This document shows positions 8,575 through 15,744 of a DNA stretch of 20,000 nt, piece after piece (positions within the stretch are counted from its first letter, which is position 1; each line of letters starts with the position of its first letter). The notes beneath the pieces are model-generated. The model saw only the letters and a program-made list of their open reading frames with translations. It searched no databases and had not been told where the DNA came from. Source of the DNA: Spirochaetales bacterium (GTDB taxonomy: Bacteria > Spirochaetota > Spirochaetia > Treponematales > UBA12059); assembly GCA_016928955.1 (NCBI GenBank), contig JAFGJV010000010.1, forward strand, positions 59,423-79,422, given 5' to 3'. The position numbers and the translations under genes were made by a program.

Positions 8575-10178
8575 GGGCGCGGGGTCTTGCGGCGGATAAA
8601 CGACGACACCAGGCTCCCGGCCACCGGGTCCCGTACCGCGGCGAGCAGGGCAACGCCCACGGCACCGAACAACAGCGCGCCCAGCCCAAAAGGCAGCCCG
8701 GACGACACCAGGGTAGAACCAGAATCTGCAAGCAGATCGGCCAACGGACGGCGTATCAGGATAACGGGCACGGCCGCCAGGCAGGAAAAAGCCAGCAGTC
8801 TGAGCGCGTACCAGCCGGCGCCCAGCAAAGCCTGGCCCATGCCCGGCAGCCCGAGCCCCAGGAGCATGGCCAGGAGTATGGCCATGTTGACGGCCGCGGC
8901 CAGCGACAAGGCCAGGGCTATGCCCGCTCCGCCCATGAAAGGGGCCAGGGCAAGCGACAGGCCGACATTCACGGCCACGGACGCCACGCCTGCCAGGGTC
9001 GGAAGCTTGGCTATGCCCCTGGCGTAAAAAGCCGGCGCCAATATTCGGTTGGCCCCTATGCAAGCCAGCCCCACGGAATGGAACAGAAAAGCCTCGGCCG
9101 TGAGGGCCACCGATGCGTCGTCAAAGGCGCCGCGCTTGTATACCAGGGTGACGATGTCGACACGCTGTATTATGGAAAAAACCGACATGGGTATGGTAAC
9201 CAAGAGGGCCGTTTCCAGGCTCCGCACCAGGCGCCGTACGAACACGGGTGCATCCGCGGCCGAGCCGAGCCCTGACAGTTCCGGCAGGAGCACGGTGGCT
9301 ATGGACGCCACGAACACGCCTAGGATCAGTTCCTGGAGCCGTATGGACAGGCTCAGGCTTGTGGCCGCCCCGGACGCGTTGGCCAGGGCCACCGACACCA
9401 GGCTGTTCAGCTCGTAGGCGGCCGTGCCAATAATGGTAGGCGCCAGAAGGCGCATGACCCTGCGCATTCCGGGGTTGGACAAGGCACGCACCGGAGACAC
9501 AAAGCGGAACCGCGCGCCCAGCCTGACCACGGCCGGCACCTGGCAGAGCGCCTGCAATAGGCCTCCGACCACAACGCCCAGGGCCATGGCCCTGGCCGGG
9601 TTGCCGGCCGCGTCGCCTATGGCCAGGGGCACAAGGATAAAGGCCAGGTTGAACAGGATGGGCGCGTAGCCAGAGGGGCCGAACACCCCGTGCGCGTTCA
9701 GGATGCCTTGCAGAAAGGCGGCGATGGACACCAGGGCCAGGAAGGGAAACATCACCCGCATGAGGACGCCGGCCTCGGCCGCGTCCACCACGATACCCTG
9801 CTCGGCCACAGACGCGTACAGCCGGGCGATGAACGCAGCCGACACCACGCCGGCGGCGACCACGGCGCACACCAGATAGCTGAGCATGCTGAAGGTGGCG
9901 GACAGGAATTCCTCCGTGGCGCCTTGGTCGTCCTTGTCGAAATACGAGCGCATGGTGGGTATGAAGGCCACTGACATGGTGTTCTCGGCAAACAGGCGCC
10001 GGAACAGGTTGGGCGTGGCAAAGGCAATGGAAAAAGCCTCCGCCAGACTGCTGGTGCCCATGAGTGACGCCCGCGTCATCTCGCGGACCAGCCCGAGCAC
10101 GCGGGAAACCATGGTCAGGAGGGACAATTTGCCGCTCTCCCTGATTATTTTCCCGTGCGCTCCGGCTTCATCGCTCAT
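8571..10178 (-). CDS. murJ: Lipid II flippase MurJ (MviN)
   Basis: LTMVSRVLGLVRE, AFSIAFATPNLFRRLFAE, AFIPT, LRVMFPF-like and ILAPAFYA motifs; many TM helices; 535 aa. Confidence 0.95.
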   Translation of the reverse strand: MSDEAGAHGKIIRESGKLSLLTMVSRVLGLVREMTRASLMGTSSLAEAFSIAFATPNLFRRLFAENTMSVAFIPTMRSYFDKDDQGATEEFLSATFSMLSYLVCAVVAAGVVSAAFIARLYASVAEQGIVVDAAEAGVLMRVMFPFLALVSIAAFLQGILNAHGVFGPSGYAPILFNLAFILVPLAIGDAAGNPARAMALGVVVGGLLQALCQVPAVVRLGARFRFVSPVRALSNPGMRRVMRLLAPTIIGTAAYELNSLVSVALANASGAATSLSLSIRLQELILGVFVASIATVLLPELSGLGSAADAPVFVRRLVRSLETALLVTIPMSVFSIIQRVDIVTLVYKRGAFDDASVALTAEAFLFHSVGLACIGANRILAPAFYARGIAKLPTLAGVASVAVNVGLSLALAPFMGGAGIALALSLAAAVNMAILLAMLLGLGLPGMGQALLGAGWYALRLLAFSCLAAVPVILIRRPLADLLADSGSTLVSSGLPFGLGALLFGAVGVALLAAVRDPVAGSLVSSFIRRKTPRP

Positions 10179-10185
10179 GGCCGGA

Positions 10186-10215
10186 AGCCTAGCCTGAAAG
10201 ACGCGGCTCCGGCAA
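10186..10215 (-). promoter_or_regulatory. Putative promoter giving a leaderless murJ transcript
   Basis: TTGCCG - 18 nt - TAGGCT - 7 nt - ATG; no SD sequence upstream of murJ. Confidence 0.45.
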
Positions 10216-10428
10216 GCGACTCCGTGCGCGCGGAGGTCTTGGCCCCCGATGTCACGGACACGTCCCCGGTTCCAACACGCGGCGCCCGGCGTGCGGTCAC
10301 GCTGGCAAGGCTCATCCCGGATATCAACTACGCGCCTCAGTCAAATTTGTCGAACTTTGTGCTGAATCGCGCTTTTTATGGAAAAACACGCGGAAAATTT
10401 CATAACAGTATGCACGTGGCGGGGAACG

Positions 10429-10437
10429 TGATATAAT
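10429..10437 (+). promoter_or_regulatory. Extended -10 promoter for the small four-Cys protein
   Basis: TGaTATAAT (perfect -10 with a TG extension) in an AT-rich divergent spacer, about 92 nt upstream of ATG 10530. Confidence 0.65.
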
Positions 10438-10529
10438 CGGGAAACTAGGGTCGCGGCCCGACACCTTTCTGTCCGGAACGCGCCCACGCCAGAAGAACGC
10501 AAAGTTCCGGCAACGAAAGGGGCTCGCAT

Positions 10530-10715
10530 ATGCAAGAAATGATGGACGCGACAGCCAAGCGCTGCTACTCGTGCATACAGTGGGATGGCCAGCGCACGTA
10601 TTACCCTGAAAAGAAGATCATCAAGGTTGACGTCAATAAGGAAGGGACCTGCCGCATCACCCGCCAGAAGGTTAAAGGTTCGTCCCACTGCGACGAATAC
10701 TTCCCGCTCCGCTAG
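10530..10715 (+). CDS. Small hypothetical metal-binding protein (C-x2-C-x25-C-x12-C; possible Fe-S or Zn ligand set)
   Basis: 61 aa, in an otherwise intergenic gap. It has its own promoter candidate, SD AAGGGG 7 nt upstream and a downstream hairpin, with a protein-like composition and four spaced Cys. Confidence 0.8.
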   Translation: MQEMMDATAKRCYSCIQWDGQRTYYPEKKIIKVDVNKEGTCRITRQKVKGSSHCDEYFPLR

Positions 10716-10728
10716 CATCCTTTTCCGT

Positions 10729-10754
10729 AGCGACCCCGTGAGCGCGGGGTCGCT
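10729..10754. terminator. Hairpin between the convergent small-protein and MCP genes (possible bidirectional terminator)
   Basis: AGCGACCCCG-TGAGCG-CGGGGTCGCT is a perfect 10-bp stem, but there is no good U tract on either strand. Confidence 0.5.
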
Positions 10755-10760
10755 TGGCGA

Positions 10761-12962
10761 TCAGGTCTTGAACCTGCCGGCCGCTTCCGAGAGCAGGGCT
10801 ATGCTCTCCTCGGTCCGTATGGCGGCCGTTGACGCGTCCGCGGCGGCATCGGCAATGGCGGCCGCTTCCTCGTCGGCACCGCCGGCCAGGGCGGACGCCC
10901 TCTGACTGGACTCCTCAAGCCGCCGGGTTTCTTCCAGTACGGCCTTGCTGGCCGCGCCCATCTCCGCCGACGCCGCCCTGACCGCGGCCGTTTCCTTGTT
11001 TATCTCCGCCAAAGCCTCGAGCACCTGGGTGGAGCCGGCGTTCTGCTCCGCCATGGCCGAACGTATTTCCTCAGCCAGCTTGTTCACGCCGTCCAGCCGG
11101 GACAGCACCGCGTCAAAGGACCGGGACGCCTCCGCTGACGCTTCAGCCACCCGCTGTATGGACTGGGTTATGGCCTTGAGCTCCTTGCTGGTCGCCTTGG
11201 CCTGCTCGCCCGAACGTTCGGCCAGCGCGCGGATCTCGCCGGCCACCACGGCGAATCCCTTGCCGGCGTCGCCGGCGTGGGCAGCCTCAATGGCCGCGTT
11301 CATGGCCAGCAGGTTGGTGCGCACCGCCACGGCCGCCACCACCTCGTTGATGTCGGCCAGGGCCTTGGACTGGGCGGACGCCTCGTCGGCTGAAGAGCTG
11401 GCCAAAGCCAAGCGGGAACGTCCTTCCTCGGACGCGCTCATCAGTTCCGACAGGCTGTTGGCCATGCGCTCGACGGAATTGCCAACCGACGCGATGCTGG
11501 ACAGGATCTGTTCCACGGAGGCCGAGCTCTGGGTAATGCCCGTGGACTGGGTCTCTATGGAAGCGGCCAGGCGACCAACGCCCTCGGCTATGGTGCCTAC
11601 CGTGGCGGCGGTTTCGCTGACGCCGGTAGCCTGCTCGGCCATCAGCTCGCGGACCTGGCCAACGGCGCGGCTGATCCTGTGCGCGGCTTCCTGGTTTTCC
11701 CCTACCTTGGCGGCCAGGATACTGCCGTCGTCGTGCAGCCTGACCGCGGAACGCTGTACTACCCGCACGATCTCCGCGAGCTTTCCGGAGAATTCGTTGA
11801 AGGACGAGGCCATGGCTCCCAGCTCGTCGCGGGACGTCACGTTCAGCCTGCGCGTCAGGTCCCCGTCGCCCTGCGACACCTCGGCCATGGCTGTTTTCAG
11901 GACGGACACCGGCTTGAGCACGCGGGAGCCGACCCAGGCCAGGATGACCACCGCGGTGAGCGTCGTAAACACCCCTATGAGGCTCAAAAGCAGGGTGGAC
12001 GTGCGCACCGGGGCGTACAGGCCCTCCAGCTCCTGGGATATGCCAAAATACCAGGGCAGATTGTTGACGCTGGACTGGAACGGCTCGAGCACGGTCAACA
12101 CTTCAGCCCCGGACAAGGGCGAGTTTTCAACAAAATCCGTGGGCCTGCCCATGCGCAGCAGGTTCAGCAGTTCCCCGTCCGCCATAATGAAAGCAAAATG
12201 ATCGGCGTAATTCACGCCCAGCAGATTGGTGTCCGGATGGGTGGCCAGGGTACCGTCTCCGGCTATGATGAAGGCATAGCGGTCAAACGTGCCGAAAGCT
12301 TCCGCAAAGGCTTCAAGCGACGAGAGGGCGTAATCCACGCCGGCCACCCCGATAACCTCCCCGTCCACTATGACGGGCACGCAGAAGGATATGGCGCGGT
12401 ACACGGTTCCATCTTCCGTCTCGAACTCGTAGGGGGCGGTCAGATACTCCCAGCGCGTGGCGAACGGCGTGGTGTAGAACTCCTCCACCGTGCCTTCCTC
12501 GTCAAGCGTTGCGTACTCGTACTCCAGCTCGTCGCCCGAACCCCGGTACCAGTACGGCACAAAGCGCCCGGACAGGGTGTGGCCGGGAGCTCCCTGGAAA
12601 GAAGCGTCGTTGCCGTCCAGGATATCGGGCTCGAATATGTACCAGGCCGCCAGAAGGCCGTCATTGGACTCCAGGGTGGAGCGCGCCGCCTGGGACAGGA
12701 TCGAACGCTTGGCGTTCAGGGGCAAGGACGTATGGCTTTTGGCAAAGGCAGCCAGGTCCCTGGCCACCTGGACACCGGAGGACAGGTAGTTGGACGCAAC
12801 GGCCGACCGCTCCTTGGCCAGGGCTATGGCTTCTGACAGCACCTGGTCCTTGAGGGCATTGGAAAACCGGACAGACGAAAAAGCGACCATGGCGCCGACC
12901 AAGACCAGAAAGGGTATCCCCACCGCAAAAATGAGCTTGGAACGGATCGGGATCATACGCAT
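10761..12962 (-). CDS. Methyl-accepting chemotaxis protein (TM - dCache-like sensor - TM - HAMP - MCP signalling domain)
   Basis: [29 protein letters not shown]; tip [35 protein letters not shown]; two TM helices flanking a Cache-like region ([18 protein letters not shown]). Start placed at ATG 12962 (GGAGG 5 nt upstream); 12956 is an alternative. Confidence 0.95.
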   Translation of the reverse strand: MRMIPIRSKLIFAVGIPFLVLVGAMVAFSSVRFSNALKDQVLSEAIALAKERSAVASNYLSSGVQVARDLAAFAKSHTSLPLNAKRSILSQAARSTLESNDGLLAAWYIFEPDILDGNDASFQGAPGHTLSGRFVPYWYRGSGDELEYEYATLDEEGTVEEFYTTPFATRWEYLTAPYEFETEDGTVYRAISFCVPVIVDGEVIGVAGVDYALSSLEAFAEAFGTFDRYAFIIAGDGTLATHPDTNLLGVNYADHFAFIMADGELLNLLRMGRPTDFVENSPLSGAEVLTVLEPFQSSVNNLPWYFGISQELEGLYAPVRTSTLLLSLIGVFTTLTAVVILAWVGSRVLKPVSVLKTAMAEVSQGDGDLTRRLNVTSRDELGAMASSFNEFSGKLAEIVRVVQRSAVRLHDDGSILAAKVGENQEAAHRISRAVGQVRELMAEQATGVSETAATVGTIAEGVGRLAASIETQSTGITQSSASVEQILSSIASVGNSVERMANSLSELMSASEEGRSRLALASSSADEASAQSKALADINEVVAAVAVRTNLLAMNAAIEAAHAGDAGKGFAVVAGEIRALAERSGEQAKATSKELKAITQSIQRVAEASAEASRSFDAVLSRLDGVNKLAEEIRSAMAEQNAGSTQVLEALAEINKETAAVRAASAEMGAASKAVLEETRRLEESSQRASALAGGADEEAAAIADAAADASTAAIRTEESIALLSEAAGRFKT

Positions 12963-13046
12963 GCCATCCTCCGTATTTTGAACAGTATGTCGGTATGCGC
13001 CGCCGGTACCACTCCCGCCGCAACATGGCTTCATTTTCAGTTACTA

Positions 13047-13074
13047 ACATTAAATACGCTTGCGCATTAGGCAA
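13047..13074 (-). promoter_or_regulatory. Putative sigma70 promoter of the MCP gene with a palindromic spacer
   Basis: TTGCCT - AATGCGCAAGCGTATT (16 nt, imperfect palindrome) - TAATGT in an AT-rich patch. Confidence 0.4.
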
Positions 13075-13235
13075 CCAGACCGCGTTTTAGTATCGCGCCG
13101 CCGCGCCGCTCGCGCAAGCAAAAACGTCGCCAGGCATCAAAAAACTCCAATTTCAACGCAGTGTGCGTGTCGTCTCCTCACGCATCCCGGACGTCCGTCT
13201 GGCCACCTTGTCCCAGAGGCCCAAAGTGCCGAAAA

Positions 13236-13264
13236 TTGATCGAAGAGGGATACTGGCAGACAAT
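13236..13264 (+). promoter_or_regulatory. Possible sigma70 promoter for the deacetylase-like/LonC genes
   Basis: TTGATC - 17 nt - GACAAT, preceded by an A-rich stretch. Confidence 0.3.
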
Positions 13265-13409
13265 TCTACCAGACTGGATCTCGTTCAACGGCCTCCGCAC
13301 CCGCGCCCGGATGTCCACGCCCGGCTTGGAGAGGCGGCGGCGTCTGGAACGCGTGTGCAAAACCGCTCCGGCGGGTTTGTTCACCACCCTGCTCGGGAAA
13401 GGCAGCTTC

Positions 13410-15716
13410 ATGACCCCAAACCGCACCATCACGACCCTGGCCGTCCTCGCGCTCGCCACGGCGGCCGCGTGGGCCGATATAGATTTTTCCGGGCCCGACA
13501 TAAACGAAGCCGGCCGCGTGCTGTTCACGGCCCACGCGGACGTGCCAGGCGACGAGGGCTACGACACCCTGTTCGCCGCGGACGCCGCGTCTGGCAACCT
13601 GGTCCAGCTCACCTACTATCCCGAGTCGATCACCGTGCTGGACGACGGGCGCCGCATACAGATACGGAACCGCTTTGGCGTGTTCATGACCGACCAGGGT
13701 TTTGGCAACATGGCTCCCGTGGCCGGCTTCCCGTCGTTCACCAGGGGCGCCCAGGTACAGCAGGGCCGGCTGGTGGACTCCCTGCCATCGCCAGACGGGA
13801 CCATGATCCTGTACCTGTCGTCCACCAGCGCGGCCCGGGCAGACCTGGTGCTGTTCAACGTGTCTGCGTCCGCCGGCCTGGTGGTCGCCAGGGACGTGTC
13901 GTTCTCCGTTGACCGGTTCCCGGCGCGGTGGTCGGACGACTCCGCCTGGTTCGTGTACTCGAGGAATTCCCAGCTGTACTATTTTTCCGTTGAGCAGGCC
14001 AAGGCCGGACGCGTGCCGGACGAGGGCTGGCGCGTCATTGGCCCCGGACGCATATCCCAGGCGCGTTGGGGAAAGAACGGCAGCCTGTATATCCTGCGGG
14101 ACCGCTCCCTCTACCGCATCATGCCGGAGGAATTTTTCACCCACGCCATCTATCCGGGCGTGGTCCCGCCCGGCCGCCTGGTCGGCAAGGCGCCCTTCCC
14201 CTTTGATCCCAACTTCGACTCCTTCTGGCTGTCGCCGGATTCGTCCAAGCTGCTCCTGTGCAAGGACGGCCGCAACGTGTTCGTGTACCGGCTGGAGGTG
14301 GACGACTACGGCCTGGAGGCGGCCATAGGCGCCCGGCCCTACCTCTACCTGCAGGGCGACACCGCCGTCCGCGACGTGCTATGGCCGAGCGGCGACGACA
14401 TTACCGTGTTCACGGTGTCGTTCCGCGACGGCCAGAGGGTGGTGGGCGCCTACCGCATCAGGGTACCCGAGACGGGTTCCACCGAGCTGGTGTCCAGCTT
14501 CCGGGAGCTGGACGTGAAAGGCGCCCTGGCCCTGGCCCTGTCGCCGGACGAAAGCAGGGTGGCCGTGACCACGGAAACCGGCGTGACCGTGCGCCGCTAT
14601 TCGAACTGGGCCGTGGAAAAAACGCTGGCCAGCCAGGGCGCCCGCCTGTGCGCGTGGGTGAGCAATGACAGGCTGGCCGTGGCCGGCGCGTCGGCCACCG
14701 AGCTACTGGGCCTGTCCGGGTCGTCCAGACAGATGGTGGCGCTGTCCCAGGCTGAATCCTACGGCTGGGTGGGCTCGTCGGCGGAAACCGTCACGGTGTC
14801 CGCAGGCGGCAAATTCTGGCAGGGGCCCTGGAACCTGGCGTCCTGGAAACAGGCGTCTAGCCACGAACCGCGCCCCGCCTCGGTGGCCTCGCCGTCCTAC
14901 CGCGTGTACCTGGACACCCTGGCCGCCGGTCCCTACGCCAACACCCTGTACGCCCGCGCCGCCAAGGGCCTTGGCACGGTCAACCTGATACCGCGCCCGG
15001 CCAGCCTGTACACGCCCTTCCCGGCCGAGGACGAGGAACGCTCTCCCATGGTGTTCGACCACGGCTCCAGGATCAGGCGCCGCGAGGTCAGCCTGGTCGT
15101 CAACGCCTATGAAGGGGCGGAGGGGCTCATACCCGTCCTGGACGCCCTCCACACCTACGGCGTCAAGGCCACCTTCTTTGTCAACGGCGAATTCATACGC
15201 CAGAACCCCGGCGCGGCCAGGGTCATAGCGGAAAGCGGCCACGATGTCGGCAACCTGTTCTTCAGCGTGTTCGACGCCACCGACGTCCGCTACCGCGTTG
15301 ACGCCGACTTTGTGAAGCGCGGCCTTGCCCGCACCGAGGACGAGTATTTTGAGGCCACTGGCAGGGAACTGTCCCTGCTCTGGCACGCGCCGTACTACGC
15401 GGTGAACTCCGTGCTCCTGGAAGCGGCCCTGGATATGAACTATACATACATTGGCAGGGACGTGGACACGCTGGACTGGGTGGGTCGCTACCAGGGATCC
15501 ATCACGCAGGGCCTGTACGCGGGCACCTACGAGCTGATAGAGAGGATATGCGACCAGGTCAAGCCGGGATCCATCCTACCCGTCCAGCTTGGCGTACCCG
15601 CGGACGGCGGACGGGCGGACTACCTTTTCAACGAGCTGCCCCTGCTGGTCAACGCGCTGGTGTCGCTCGGATACGAGCTGGTGCCGGTATCCGAACTCAT
15701 GGAACACGCGGACTGA
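13410..15716 (+). CDS. Secreted protein with a TolB-like beta-propeller region and a C-terminal degenerate polysaccharide deacetylase (NodB/CE4) domain
   Basis: Start at ATG 13410 (GAAAGG 7 nt upstream) with signal peptide MTPNRTITTLAVLALATAAAWA-D. Repeated SPDG/WSDD/LSPD propeller motifs. C-terminal LDALHTYGVKATFFVNGEFI, SGHDVGN, DTLDW, PGSIL, GYELVPVSEL. Confidence 0.85.
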   Translation: MTPNRTITTLAVLALATAAAWADIDFSGPDINEAGRVLFTAHADVPGDEGYDTLFAADAASGNLVQLTYYPESITVLDDGRRIQIRNRFGVFMTDQGFGNMAPVAGFPSFTRGAQVQQGRLVDSLPSPDGTMILYLSSTSAARADLVLFNVSASAGLVVARDVSFSVDRFPARWSDDSAWFVYSRNSQLYYFSVEQAKAGRVPDEGWRVIGPGRISQARWGKNGSLYILRDRSLYRIMPEEFFTHAIYPGVVPPGRLVGKAPFPFDPNFDSFWLSPDSSKLLLCKDGRNVFVYRLEVDDYGLEAAIGARPYLYLQGDTAVRDVLWPSGDDITVFTVSFRDGQRVVGAYRIRVPETGSTELVSSFRELDVKGALALALSPDESRVAVTTETGVTVRRYSNWAVEKTLASQGARLCAWVSNDRLAVAGASATELLGLSGSSRQMVALSQAESYGWVGSSAETVTVSAGGKFWQGPWNLASWKQASSHEPRPASVASPSYRVYLDTLAAGPYANTLYARAAKGLGTVNLIPRPASLYTPFPAEDEERSPMVFDHGSRIRRREVSLVVNAYEGAEGLIPVLDALHTYGVKATFFVNGEFIRQNPGAARVIAESGHDVGNLFFSVFDATDVRYRVDADFVKRGLARTEDEYFEATGRELSLLWHAPYYAVNSVLLEAALDMNYTYIGRDVDTLDWVGRYQGSITQGLYAGTYELIERICDQVKPGSILPVQLGVPADGGRADYLFNELPLLVNALVSLGYELVPVSELMEHAD

Positions 15717-15744
15717 TAACGGGCACAAACACCAGGAGGAACAC

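Noticed and set aside
10341..10718. 125-aa minus-strand ORF overlapping the small four-Cys gene
   Set aside because: It is antisense to a gene with a promoter, SD and coherent Cys motif, and has no SD or motif of its own.
12980..13015. ACCGACAT as a sigma28 -10 for the MCP gene
   Set aside because: There is no TAAA-like -35 at the expected spacing, and the match is weak.
13354..13384. Hairpin GTGCAAAACCGCTCCGGCGGGTTTGTTCAC before the deacetylase-like gene
   Set aside because: It is a single imperfect hairpin. It could be a degenerate REP-type repeat, but there is no second copy in the window to support that.
13161..13409. 83-aa N-terminal extension of the deacetylase-like ORF (likewise 15589-15744 for LonC and 12963-13034 for the MCP)
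   Set aside because: Better SD-linked ATGs lie downstream (13410, 15745, 12962), where the signal peptide or conserved domain begins. The LonC extension would also overlap the upstream gene.
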